A stretch of 58,136 bases of DNA from a virus. Taxonomy: Duplodnaviria > Caudoviricetes. The notes beneath the pieces are model-generated. The model was not told where the DNA came from. It was given only the letters and a program-made list of their open reading frames with translations, and searched no databases. Both the position numbers and the translations under genes were made by a program. The stretch covers positions 1-58,136 of the IMG/VR virus record IMGVR_UViG_3300022937_000026. One strand, 5' to 3'. This document shows positions 41,501 to 48,992 of the stretch, in pieces; within the stretch, counting starts at the first letter, position 1; the number at the start of each line of letters is the position of its first letter.

Positions 41501-43337
41501 TATTTCCAAAAGAAATTAAATTATTATCAACAAGATCAAATAAAGGATTTTGATTTACTGCTGTCTTTTCTTGACTCTTAACCCAGTTGGTTCCGTCAAA
41601 GTGATACATCTTGCCTGCATTGTTTTTACCTCTTCGGACTAAAACACCTTGACCTATAATACTATCACTATCACTTGTTTGTTTAAGTGTGATCTGCTTA
41701 TTGTTATTATGTGTTATAAAGTTTACTTCATAAATTTTATTGTTAGCGAGTGAATCTGTATCTGAAACTACGAGAACTCTTGCACCTTCAAATAAGAACT
41801 CACCGTCGACGTTATAACCTGTACTACCTTCAATATTAGAAAATACATCTGTGGTAAATGTATCAATATAGTCTACTGTTGCCTTTGCAACAATACCATG
41901 ATTATATAATCTTAGATTTGGTTTAAATTCAATAATAGGTCTTTTGGCACGTGAAGATTCTTCAGCTTCGAAATCAGAATTACGAAAACTATAAGAATAA
42001 TCTAAAACTGATCTATGGAACCATCTATTATATCTACTCCAAGGGTTAAAGTCTTTACTGTTTCTTGAAACAGTAATATAATCTTTAGATCCTGCATATT
42101 GAGATGCATCATCAAACGGTTGTGTATCAAACCCTTCGTTGTCAAATAATATTTCTGGAACGTTAGAAACAACTGACGGAGGAACAAGAGAATCAAATCT
42201 TGTTAAGGTTATTTCTTGACCGACTCCTTCAACTAACCAAGTAAAGTCTGCATATTGATTAGGTGCAATAACACCTCTAAAGTCAACTACAAGTCCGTTT
42301 GTAAACTCAACTCCGTTAGCACTGGTGTAAGTTTTCTTTCCTATAATTTCTTTTTCAACATCTAAAAATGTATTAGAGTCTATATCTGCAATTAAAAATG
42401 TACCTAATCTATTTGCATCAACTAATGACTGATAAAAAATTATATCCGGTGCATCCATAGGAACAGTAAATGTTAAAGTTCCTCTCTTGACGCCGTTATT
42501 TGTAACGCCGTTATTAAAATTTAATGAACTTAGCGCAGCATTAGAATCTACTAATTCCCAGTCTTGAGAATTTATATCAATACTACTTCCGTCAATAGGG
42601 CTAATCTCAGCAACTGCTGCTCTCCAAAGTTGTCCGTCAAATACAACTAGGTCCCCTAGAAAATAAGTTTTATTGGGATCAAATATTAAAGAGCCAGTGT
42701 CGTAGTTTAATCTAATAACAAATCCTTCAGACGAATATACATCGAAGTTATATGTTTGTCCTCTATATAATGTTATTGTTGGATTATTAGTTGCTCCGTC
42801 AGGAGTAAAAATCCAAGAACTTCCTACACCTTGTCTTACCTTGTATGTACTAACAACTGTTTGAGCTTGACCGCGTACATCAACTGATGGAGGGCCGTTT
42901 GGCACCCAGAAATATTCTGTATAGTTTGCAAACTTATCCCAGTCAATTGGCGGGTTCCAAGAATAGTTTTCCTGTGAAAAAGTTTTATCATCTCTTTCAA
43001 CATCGTTTCCGAAAAACTTAACAATGTTTTTTAAATCGAGATAGTCATGAAACTTTTCAATTTTCTGATCTTTTTCAACAGTAACGCCTGCCTCTAGTTG
43101 ATATCTACTTCTAAGAGTTTCATTAGTGTCTAGATAGATATCGTTTCCGCTGTAGGTTTTACCGTATCTTCTTCCAAGGTATCCTGTAATTTTATCTAGT
43201 ACACCCGGCTGTGTTAAAGGATCAAACGCACCTGTTAGGAATTTTTTATTCCCTTCGGTTTGAAAAATCTCAGGTAGGAAATCGCTTGACTTCCTAATAG
43301 GAATCCCACTGCTTGGAAAAACTTTCTTTTCACGCAT
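29571..43337 (-). CDS. Giant (4588 aa) virion/baseplate wedge protein with FG-GAP-like propeller repeats and CBM5/12-like repeats
   Basis: Uninterrupted 13.8-kb ORF directly downstream of the gp6-like gene (the gp7 position in T4); contains NPGSGY repeats, FG(Y)..A....L.+G.P repeats and Y..GD.V.+.G..W.A repeats. Confidence 0.8.
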   Translation of the reverse strand: MREKKVFPSSGIPIRKSSDFLPEIFQTEGNKKFLTGAFDPLTQPGVLDKITGYLGRRYGKTYSGNDIYLDTNETLRSRYQLEAGVTVEKDQKIEKFHDYLDLKNIVKFFGNDVERDDKTFSQENYSWNPPIDWDKFANYTEYFWVPNGPPSVDVRGQAQTVVSTYKVRQGVGSSWIFTPDGATNNPTITLYRGQTYNFDVYSSEGFVIRLNYDTGSLIFDPNKTYFLGDLVVFDGQLWRAAVAEISPIDGSSIDINSQDWELVDSNAALSSLNFNNGVTNNGVKRGTLTFTVPMDAPDIIFYQSLVDANRLGTFLIADIDSNTFLDVEKEIIGKKTYTSANGVEFTNGLVVDFRGVIAPNQYADFTWLVEGVGQEITLTRFDSLVPPSVVSNVPEILFDNEGFDTQPFDDASQYAGSKDYITVSRNSKDFNPWSRYNRWFHRSVLDYSYSFRNSDFEAEESSRAKRPIIEFKPNLRLYNHGIVAKATVDYIDTFTTDVFSNIEGSTGYNVDGEFLFEGARVLVVSDTDSLANNKIYEVNFITHNNNKQITLKQTSDSDSIIGQGVLVRRGKNNAGKMYHFDGTNWVKSQEKTAVNQNPLFDLVDNNLISFGNKDTYPVSTFTGSPLLSYKVGNGRTDTELGFQLSYLNIDNVGDIEFNWNLDSDTFQYTQGQNTITVNLNTGFYNIDDRYDNGWLKTSNNYIMPIIDSYTVINTTNEVVFETVDWGSFTGNEKIIFYTNGKKENSTYERISNRFIFNKTFNPKDVVVIKVICDLEPINGYYELPVGLEKNPLNEPIKSFTLGQAVDHVSTGLEFYDEFTGQIPGSSNLRDQHDYYQHSKRFLKHSGLAPASVFLLNDKKFNIIKAIKFAKESYSTFKNNFILKAEEVDFNDNVADMVDKIITELSKAKSIDSPFADSDMIGAGAYSALTYEVEDTGIKTFALSQSFDLNTLSRRAVYPYVNNRQLLYGAEYDFNSDFGFIEIKIDLVEGDKIEIREYTSTSFSHIPPTPTALGLYKRYTPMKFLDDTYREPVNVIQGHDGSIITAYNDYRDDLILELEYRIYNNIKKVYSESVFDIDNTLGGFYGNSEYNINNIRDIINQEFLNWVSNTNLGYVLNTFFVNNEPFTYTYNQMASPDGTENLPGYWRGVYRYFYDTDRPHRCPWECLGFSEKPEWWEDEYGSAPYTSGNLILWEDIRDGIIRHGPREGIHPRYARTSIMSHIPVNEDGELLDPLTSGLATNFTLTNNKGSFQLGDVGPVEYAWKSSSEYPFAVIVSLCLVKPFDFIISNFDKDKTTRNIIDQIVDKTSNVFLTTNNLKLPIAGENQVSGLAYYISSYIKGQGASVVDANESLENLNVRLTARLSGFVDKDQQKFLLDSKNPNSTSSSTFIPPENYDIIFAKSSPITSLAYSGVIIEKSSNGWTLSGYNDINPYFEYYQAIPNQKDPTISVGGLSVAFTQWEENKTYNNGAVVEFRNTFFRANQTHTSTTEFENQYWSRLPALPVEGAATAQRRRNFNRTVIKRLSYGTEYSEAQAVVDFLLGYQERLVSQGFVFNNYDTRSQVIQDWLTSSKEFLFWTMQNWSEGSLLTVSPGAQKLTVVVPVGVADSILDSFYDYNVLSSDGTTIDVKDIDVSRDFQTFTISINNSAVGIYYLKVNYVLKEHVTVFNDRTVFNDIIYDKPTGYRQERIRSQGFRTVDWDGDYTSPGFIFDNVNIDAWVPFKNYKLGDIVAYRSKNYTSKFNHTSGEKFDFDRWTVLDSNPTKQLIPNFDYRINQIEDYFDVDTDGLGKSQRELARHTIGYQKRTYLEALADDPTTQYKIYQGFIREKGTSNSITKLFDKINGSGQPSISLDEEWAFKVGSMGGIDQSYHAEIKLQTDQFVINPQPVLITESQGNFLDRFYRINKSNFDYAPYPYTSKINPASYEVYPFKTAGYVKIGQTNFTVRTRDNLSDINVDAVLNNDHIWITFDGPSWTVLRANWAYDLQLINVEVDNLSVKVIFKRRHNKQVGEFIGIKGIDKISGIHKITAVDNFSITFNVTEKATADVFEPSTLNYPLFFTEARFKNWDSIDPQHVANLSQSSKLFVDEDTNGRWEVVEKNKTYTDKQIVNFGIVEPNKVGEKVLYIDALKQTLASVAPDGYVVVYVETSTGLDVKQIIEPQGTFKDSTLGSFGLELAVSPDNKWLAIGSPRASGVTSNFKGNFNPSISYGSNSIVLYEGKLWKALTDTTFDGSSINFESDEWEYVKNIDALTTGTDDGKTQQGMIQIYEYSANQWNITHSYISPRPEHYEHFGSRISIAKNEGVYYMAVSAPGSLDSKGRIYLYTYNAETEDWELDENPNYVGAYEKDESKLYPKGSIVWHQGYLWQAVNDTQGDGSTIDIDSVDWLRLDSLATANSLPQSVSLEEAEDKSTLFAGLLSPLQVAELIQEGDKFGYSMAMNSTGEVLVVGAPFSDKQYFANYRGIWRADYEYIEGDVVKYQGQFHKLENIGPSAVDDGSTIKSYNEEPDAGYPWVNVGDSSSESTGKVFVYKRDFNLNLFELTQTFTADGLQDISDLDVAEIISSGDQFGYAVAVDSTGEKIVVTSPKADVNFQNQGSAYIFDYVPDSSNEYRLKQKLDSFDTFPNEFFGQDVAISVHTDILAIGANNTPYVLPTIFDGEETTFDQKITKFKSYSGFSGSVYIYELKGGNKYYLSEKLESNLSLNESFGYSISCTGNVVVVGSPYYIAPVQSGSSIVFEGDATGMVRIFKKDPTVQPFEILSSQPETVDINQIKRIALYDDNSDDKIQDLEIVDPAKMKILASAEKELSYKTPYDPAVYSIGDPEVQVVDEQIPWTTKNVGKLWWDIGNAKWIDYEQGDIAYRTSNWGQLATGSSIDIYEWVESTLTPAEWSAVADTNEGLNASISGQPLYPNNEAYSVKELLNPETGEATSTLYYFWVKNKLIAPKNIVGRSISASSVASLISNPLSGGVTYIALADADKFVLFNYTNIVSNDYAILNIEYYNNKDSKNAVHNEFTLLTENVEDSIPTDSLERKWLDSLIGYDLQGNRIPDTDLPAKQRYGIKFRPRQSMFVNKQTILKTVIKNINTVLLKEAFADVITYKNLNLVDEQPSEVLNLFDVAVETYIDLETVGTIRVKQAEISANIVDGEILSIDVIEPGFGYRTAPSIDFEGDGQGLEAQTVIDSQGRVTRVDVLNGGKLYSSVIAKVRQFSVLVRNDETSNGFWSIYAWDDIRKVFFRSASQAYDTRLYWDKVNWWAEGYDPTIRIVEEIPSVYQEPALDIVIGDTIRIKEYGAGGWAVFKKVDDVGNTLLENYILVGRENGTIQFSDKLYDTDTSGIGYDIVDSFDAGSYDKEVSNELRNIFRAVKEDIFVGDYKIEWNKLFFVSMKYVFTEQTYVDWAFKTSFLSASYKIGELKQKLNYKNDSLDSYLDYINEVKPFRTTIREYKSIYDKLETSNTAISDFDLPPYFNEVEGKIIPLTQTDDNLQNYPYKFWADTKGYEITEILVSNPGSGYTSVPTVVIQGNGTGASARAYISNGKLSAVSIENPGSGYTTIPTVSIVGGNGSNTDNATAVAVLGNTTARAFDLKVKFDRISKDGIFNTFNFTQTFTAPGNTASFDLSYPSTLDKSKIQIIKNGQLVLGDEYSVSLYKKIENRVTQLKAKILFTTAPELGETIVVTYDKNDELLDSVNRIKKYYDPIAGMKGTDLDQLMTGIDYGGVQVQGTTFDVTGGWDALPWFTDSWDSVEAAADYYVICDGSTNTVTLPYVPAQGQEINIYLKRFVEVQIPTVDDLQYSQEVKDPPALRIDDPSYDENWDSSNVANPHAQMPTFIGDGSTQIVEIGDYIQTGAGDILIFRPVSSDGSVTITDPNLVDTRISGGTLATNNGAYSTATGKTVEEITILGGEFISPENVPATEENIPGQVLDSLSIKVYTTTGTGSAPVKTRVINTDGTTTTFDIGQNILESKSVVIYLGGAKVSTSDYFVNLENNQVIFDTAPTADQVLEIISVGVGGVSILDYQEFEADGETNLFLTNASFAQTTGVFVSVNGVLEDIGFIDSTGVADTPNRTLVQFGITPARLSTIKILCVGSGSDVDSSGLPIISINQQEIAYDGSSRSYDLTGFVNLVRDSSVASMIVEVNNRKLKGVDTTYAVYDGTNNAFTLGLDPEEVSGAILTNNIRVFVNGDRKTFIEDYIYNGTTKILEFNTGVLSLGDKIKIENDLRTTYTVDNNNIVIDSSVTLNPGDIINVTWFSEYPSMSIISDRYTGGKVVYQLPTNPLGVSYVWAYLNGTRLVQDVDYVVDLPRGVMRLFVANTDSDEVEIVMFGTNVFKLPSAYEIHKDMLNVYRYHRYASKDEVRLSKDLNYFDTEIEVTNGHLLATPIVERNLAGVVIINNEKIEYLEKTGNILKKLRRGALGTAIKELHSSGDIVIDAGAPEAIAYNDTQERTDFVSDGSSVLIGPLEFVPIQASDSNWYAETIPQDYGRCDTIEVFAGGKRLRKNSLEVFDESLGVSSPGADKKLEAEFSVDGTTPYIRLTSPLPAGTRIRIIRKLGKTWYDRGVTTATSGVTLLDNDSAISKFIAAKTTRLPE

Positions 43338-46300
43338 TATGTACTACTCACCACTGAATTTGCACCAGCTCTAATTTCAGCAGCAGTAATAGAAGTTACA
43401 ATTTCTACATCATCAACTGTTGCACCGCTTACAAAAATTTCATCTGGTCTGCTTTGTATTTCAAATAAACTTCCGAAAACTTGAGACTCTTGTCTTGGTA
43501 TGATAACAAAGTTTGTAATATCTGGAGATGCAGAATTAACTACAAAAGTTGTTAGTTCGCTGAGATAAAATCTATCACCGAAGTCCCAGTTGTTAATATC
43601 AAAGAATGTATTAATTGCATTAATAATTCTAACTTTTAAATTATTATCGTTAATAACCTTGTTTGGATTTTTAACTACTTTAAAAACTGCTCTAAGTTTT
43701 TCTGTTGCAGTTCCACCAAACAAAACTTTATATTTCACAGGATGGTAAATTATTTCATCACTAATTGATTTGATAGCGTTTAGTCCTGTACCAAAACTAA
43801 TTCTTAAATCATCACTTGTTGGTTCATCCGGTGGATCGCCTACAGGATTAACCAAATAATTTCTGTATGTTGTATCATAGGCTCTAGTTAAAATATACAA
43901 ATCAATAATATTTGTAACACTAGGATCTATTCTTCTATCTTCACTAGCAGAGTGTGTATATTGGAACTTAAGATTACTTCTTCCAATAACTGCTTTGTAA
44001 GCACTTTGTAATCTAAGTGTGTTTGTTGTTCTATCAACAGACTTAACTCTATTTTCATTTATATCATAGAAGTAAATTAATTGCCCGTCATTAAAATCGT
44101 TAACATTAATCAAACTCTCTTTCTGATATATTAAAATAGTATTATTAGTATTATCTACATAATTGTATACTGATGTGCCGTATTGATCTTTTTCTTGTTT
44201 AAAGAAAAGATAATTTAATTGTAAATCTGCACCAACAATTCTTTCAAACGCTTCTGGGTCATCAATAACTCCGTCATCGTCTGAATCTTTAAATGCTAGT
44301 TTGATTGCTTTGGTGCTTTCATACCCATCATCATAAAGAATAGTATCAGTAATTTCAAAAGCATAATCATTATTAAGCATTGAAGTATTTGTATAGTCGG
44401 TATTAATACCTAATACATTTACTTGATCTTTTTCTAACAACCCTGTGACATTGTTATATGCTTTATCATTTTTATCATAGTAAAATCTATTTTGCTGTAA
44501 ACTACCAAAGATATAATCTAACTTTCTAATTCTCACAATATATTCGTCATTTTCTTTTACAAATGCCATAATCCAAGAAGCATCTAAGTTAGAACTAGTT
44601 GTGTCGCCGGATTTACCTAAACTAAATGCATCTGTTAAATTAATATTTTGACTTTGAATAATTCTCCAATTAGCTGTTACATAATCATATCTTAAACCAA
44701 AGTTTAAACTGTTTACTACTTGAGTAACTATTTCGGACTCAATACTGTTTGAAATATCTGAAACAAACTTAGGAACAATTCTTGATGCAATAGCACCTGA
44801 AGGAACATTATCACTAAATGTAATAGGACCTAATCCTGATGATAGTACACCTCTTCCTGCATTAGTGCCATCGCCTGACACACTAACTACTTTTGTCCAT
44901 AAGTAACTTGTTTGTGTAAGATCACTTGAATCTGTATCTACAAGTTTACCTAGTTTAAATGATTTTCCTGTAGGTGGAACAAATTTAATTAATGCTCCAG
45001 GAAAAACATATTTTAAGTTATTAGTCGCATATGTAGCAACTTTAAACAAACTTAAATCAATTGAGTTAATAAAGTAACCAGTAGAAACATTTGTATCATT
45101 AGTAACTTCATTCCATACTGTATTTGTTTCTGTGAAAAGAATTTTATCAAATTTTGTTAGATAAAAATTATACACGTCAGTATCAGAAAATACTTGTTCT
45201 ACATTGTTCTTGATAAAATTAACAATGTCTGTTCTACTTGTAAATTTAAAAGATAATGAACGCTCACTTTCTTCTTTGTAAATGTATCCATCATCAGCAA
45301 ACACATTTATTGAACTATACTTTCCGCTGGCATCAATAATATCAAAGTTTCTACTAATACCACTAGATGTTCTGTTTACAGATTTTATTTTTAAAATGTT
45401 TTGCGAAGTTGCTAGTGGAGCAAGATTATAATCTTCTCCTGTAATCATTCTATTCTGAGTATAGTATTGAGCAGGAGCATTCTGTCTTATTGAATCAATT
45501 GTTTCTGATGCTACAGCACTGTTTACTGTGTATTGCAATCCCATGCTAATACTAAGTGTGTGTTGCTCCCCTCTTTTGTTAATATAAGGAACACTAATAT
45601 TAATACCTTTCATTTCATTAGGTACAATAGAATATGTTAAACCATTTGAAACTCTGTAATAAGATCTAAATGATCCTTGAGGTAAGTTACCGTAGACACC
45701 GTCAGCAAAAATTAAATCAATTCTATCGCTTTCTCTTGTTGCAACAGAATAGATATCTCTTAAATTTCCTGCTACACTATTATAAGCAATATTGTTACCA
45801 ACCAAGCTCTTAACCTGTGTCCATTCTGAAACTTGTGCGCCTGCACTGTTTAATTCAAATAACCAAACGTCATCATTATTAATATTAGTACTCTCAACAC
45901 TAACACGTTCGTTTGTTGTTGGAACTGTTATATTAAAATCTGCAAGTTCTAGAGAACCTTGCTTGAACATAAAATAAAATCCTGTGTTCGGACTCGCTGG
46001 TCCTTGACCATCTTGTCTATAAACAAATCCTAGTTGGTTTCCTGGAGTTGGTGATTCTTCGTAAATTTCTTCTGAATCTTTAAACGTTGTACTAACAAGT
46101 TCAAACACCATATTTCGACCTGCAACAGATTTTGAAAAACTATACAATGGTACATCTGTTGAAAAGGTATTAAATCTATATTGTTCAGTAGGAATACTTT
46201 GTATACTTGCACTACCTTGGCTTCTGCCAAATTCTACGTTATCTGTCATTGCAGCATTTAACACTAGAATAAACTGTTCTGCCCAGTTGGTGTTTGTAGG

Positions 46301-46738
46301 ATCGTTCCATCTAATAGTTTGCTGTGCAAGATCTCTACCATTACTGTCAACGATGTTTTCAGTTGTAGTAACACTTGAAAATTTTAAAAGTCCTTTAGAA
46401 GCAACATTTCTTTTTGCATTGTAAGAAAGCATACGTGCAATACGCAACACACTTTCTTTACGTTCTGCTAGTTCAATAAAGTTTTCTCTTGAAGCGAGAT
46501 CAATTCTAAATGATAAACTTTGACCAAGGAAAGCAATTGCATCGATAAGAGCAAGATACTCTGAACTTTCAATATAATCATTGAAATCTTCTGGGTAGTT
46601 TTCTCTTAGATATGTTATGATAACTCTACGAAGATTTTCAAAATCGTAAGACTTGAAATCAGCGTTTTTGAACGTTTGATAGATTCTAGTCCAGTCTTCG
46701 TTAAGTATCAGGTTGTTTTGTCTTTCAGTGGTGCTCAT
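43337..46738 (-). CDS. Baseplate wedge protein, T4 gp6-like
   Basis: DFKSYDFENLR...YPEDFNDYIESSE..ALIDAIA, FADGVYGNLP and ETIDSIRQNAP..YYTQNRMITGEDY. Confidence 0.8.
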   Translation of the reverse strand: MSTTERQNNLILNEDWTRIYQTFKNADFKSYDFENLRRVIITYLRENYPEDFNDYIESSEYLALIDAIAFLGQSLSFRIDLASRENFIELAERKESVLRIARMLSYNAKRNVASKGLLKFSSVTTTENIVDSNGRDLAQQTIRWNDPTNTNWAEQFILVLNAAMTDNVEFGRSQGSASIQSIPTEQYRFNTFSTDVPLYSFSKSVAGRNMVFELVSTTFKDSEEIYEESPTPGNQLGFVYRQDGQGPASPNTGFYFMFKQGSLELADFNITVPTTNERVSVESTNINNDDVWLFELNSAGAQVSEWTQVKSLVGNNIAYNSVAGNLRDIYSVATRESDRIDLIFADGVYGNLPQGSFRSYYRVSNGLTYSIVPNEMKGINISVPYINKRGEQHTLSISMGLQYTVNSAVASETIDSIRQNAPAQYYTQNRMITGEDYNLAPLATSQNILKIKSVNRTSSGISRNFDIIDASGKYSSINVFADDGYIYKEESERSLSFKFTSRTDIVNFIKNNVEQVFSDTDVYNFYLTKFDKILFTETNTVWNEVTNDTNVSTGYFINSIDLSLFKVATYATNNLKYVFPGALIKFVPPTGKSFKLGKLVDTDSSDLTQTSYLWTKVVSVSGDGTNAGRGVLSSGLGPITFSDNVPSGAIASRIVPKFVSDISNSIESEIVTQVVNSLNFGLRYDYVTANWRIIQSQNINLTDAFSLGKSGDTTSSNLDASWIMAFVKENDEYIVRIRKLDYIFGSLQQNRFYYDKNDKAYNNVTGLLEKDQVNVLGINTDYTNTSMLNNDYAFEITDTILYDDGYESTKAIKLAFKDSDDDGVIDDPEAFERIVGADLQLNYLFFKQEKDQYGTSVYNYVDNTNNTILIYQKESLINVNDFNDGQLIYFYDINENRVKSVDRTTNTLRLQSAYKAVIGRSNLKFQYTHSASEDRRIDPSVTNIIDLYILTRAYDTTYRNYLVNPVGDPPDEPTSDDLRISFGTGLNAIKSISDEIIYHPVKYKVLFGGTATEKLRAVFKVVKNPNKVINDNNLKVRIINAINTFFDINNWDFGDRFYLSELTTFVVNSASPDITNFVIIPRQESQVFGSLFEIQSRPDEIFVSGATVDDVEIVTSITAAEIRAGANSVVSST

Positions 46739-46756
46739 TCGCTTATTCCTATGTAA

Positions 46757-46763
46757 TATTTAG
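46757..46763 (-). promoter_or_regulatory. Putative late promoter variant (CTAAATA)
   Basis: Located in the intergenic gap upstream of ATG 46738. Confidence 0.45.
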
Positions 46764-46780
46764 CGTTTCTAATTAACTGC

Positions 46781-47218
46781 TCAGTTTATTGTCGAGTTTT
46801 CCCTGTCAAAGTTAAATGTCATTCTTTCAGAGATGTTAAACGGAATATATGTTACATCTGCTTCTATTCTCATACCAAAATCTGTACTGTCAATACTTAC
46901 TGCATTAACAAACACTCTAGGGTCATAATTTATAATAGTTTCTACGTCTTTTGCTATTGCTGTCTTAACTTCTTCTGTAAATTGTTCAAAAATCATATCC
47001 CAGATAATTGTACCGAAATCAGGATTCATCAATTTCTCACCTTTACGAATATAAAAGTGATTTATAATATCTTGTTTAACAAGATCTAGATCATACAATT
47101 TGTAGCCTTTCTTAGGTTCGCTACTACTAAAACCTTTATATGTAAAGGCTGTAGATGTTTGATCTCCTACAGATACCTTGTTAACTGCTACTCGTTGATT
47201 GTTATATAACTTTGCCAT
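46781..47218 (-). CDS. Baseplate wedge subunit, T4 gp25-like
   Basis: YKGFS..LVKQDIINHFYIRKGEKLMNPDFGTIIWDMIFE...YDPRV; likely start MAKLY at 47218. Confidence 0.85.
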   Translation of the reverse strand: MAKLYNNQRVAVNKVSVGDQTSTAFTYKGFSSSEPKKGYKLYDLDLVKQDIINHFYIRKGEKLMNPDFGTIIWDMIFEQFTEEVKTAIAKDVETIINYDPRVFVNAVSIDSTDFGMRIEADVTYIPFNISERMTFNFDRENSTIN

Positions 47219-47219
47219 C

Positions 47220-48992
47220 TTATGTTGACTCCTCCGGTGGTACATCTCTGTCTGTGTACTCAGGTGTTGTAAATTCAGGTATCAAGTTTTCGTGCTGTGC
47301 CCACGGCTCATGCATCGGAACTCTCTTCATTATAGAAGGTATTGTACCTTGTTGATATCTTTCTGCTGCCCACCCTGCTACTGTGCTAGTAACAATACTA
47401 TTGTGTGTAATTAAATCGCTGATCACAAATGCAGCCACAGCTTCGTCAGCTATCCTTGCTTCAGGACCATTCATATGAATTTCTGGAGCAGTTTCAGTAT
47501 GATTACCACCACTGTTGATATCTGTTGTTCCTCCAGCGGTAAAAGCGTTATTGCCTCCACTGTTTAAATCTAAATTACCAGATGTAGTTACAAGTGTATC
47601 TCCTGATACCTTTATCTCTAAATCATGAGGAATAACTACGCCATATCCAGTATGGAGTCTAGTACTACCTATTACACTAATATCTAAATCTCCGTCAGTT
47701 GCAATATCAGAAGCATTTTGATAATTTCTTGTTTCTATTCTACCGTTGGCGCCAATTAAAAGATTAAAATTAAATTTACTTTCAATTTGAATTCTTCCTG
47801 CTTCTATCTCTGCTTCGTCTTGTATTTTAGAAACAATATTTCCGTCATCGTCTTTTCTATGTAATGTAGTCGGTGACTGATATTCTGCTGTTGCTTTCAT
47901 GTTGATATTTCTACCAGCTTCAATATTAATATCTCTATCTGCTTTTATGTTCAGATCATTTTCTGAGTGAATACTAATACTGTCTCCGGCAAATATATCA
48001 ATCTTACCATTGCTTGTTAATTCTACCCAGGCTGTTCCTCTTGCATTACCGATGTAAATTAAATCTTCTGAATTGTGTAAAAGAATTTGATGTCCTGTTC
48101 GAGTACGTAATCTAGCATATTCATTATAAGGTATATCTGCTAAACCTTTTTCGCCTGCAAGAATATCTGCATAATCAACTCCGCCGAGTCCTGGAGATTT
48201 TTTTCTTAAGAATCTGTCATCACCGTCATCAAAAACAAGTTGTGTTCCTCCTAATCTACTAATAGGAACAGCACTAGGAGATTGAGATTCTACAGTACCT
48301 AATGTCATTCGTTTAGAACCATCACTGTAATCTAATGGTCCTGGAGTGCTAATACCAAAAACACTATTAGGAACTTGTCTACGTGCAGTAGTTGTAGTTG
48401 TTCCTCTTATATCATCTTCAAGTGTTCCTTGTTCTAAAAATCTTGCTGCAATTGGATGCACAGGTTTTTTAATTTGTTCTGGATCTTTTTCGGCTGCTTC
48501 TCTATTAAATCTTTTGTTTATTTCTCCTACAGGTAACGGCTGCTTAGTATCATAAACTTTTTTATCTGCATCTTCTAGATCAACTTGAGTGGTTCCACCA
48601 ATAGCTGGAACCATATGATTAGCGAATGACGGAGGTAAACACGCAAACCAATATCCCATTGCAGGATCGCCGTTAACAAAAACACAAAGAACAGTAACAC
48701 CAACATCTGGTGGAACAAACCACATTCCGTATGATTTCTGTGTATCGTTAAAATCTTTATTGTTATAGCCTAATCCTTCATACGGTGTGTAACCAAAGAA
48801 AGGTGAAGCATAGTTTACATTATAGGTTGTTTTTTCAGTTCCTACATCAGATCCTTGAGATCCTAACAATGTAACTGTAAGTCTACCCATAAAGGTACTA
48901 TCTAAAACATCAACAACTGTGGCTAGATAGGTTCCTGAACCGAGACCTATCTTTGCGGTTTCACTATTTGGTATACGTCTTGCTGTTGCCAT
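47220..48992 (-). CDS. Baseplate hub / central spike, gp5/VgrG-like (OB fold plus beta-helix)
   Basis: YLATVVDVLD..MGRL.V, SYGMWFVPPDVGVTVLCVF, RTRTGHQILLH and beta-helix repeats; no lysozyme domain recognised. Confidence 0.75.
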   Translation of the reverse strand: MATARRIPNSETAKIGLGSGTYLATVVDVLDSTFMGRLTVTLLGSQGSDVGTEKTTYNVNYASPFFGYTPYEGLGYNNKDFNDTQKSYGMWFVPPDVGVTVLCVFVNGDPAMGYWFACLPPSFANHMVPAIGGTTQVDLEDADKKVYDTKQPLPVGEINKRFNREAAEKDPEQIKKPVHPIAARFLEQGTLEDDIRGTTTTTARRQVPNSVFGISTPGPLDYSDGSKRMTLGTVESQSPSAVPISRLGGTQLVFDDGDDRFLRKKSPGLGGVDYADILAGEKGLADIPYNEYARLRTRTGHQILLHNSEDLIYIGNARGTAWVELTSNGKIDIFAGDSISIHSENDLNIKADRDINIEAGRNINMKATAEYQSPTTLHRKDDDGNIVSKIQDEAEIEAGRIQIESKFNFNLLIGANGRIETRNYQNASDIATDGDLDISVIGSTRLHTGYGVVIPHDLEIKVSGDTLVTTSGNLDLNSGGNNAFTAGGTTDINSGGNHTETAPEIHMNGPEARIADEAVAAFVISDLITHNSIVTSTVAGWAAERYQQGTIPSIMKRVPMHEPWAQHENLIPEFTTPEYTDRDVPPEEST

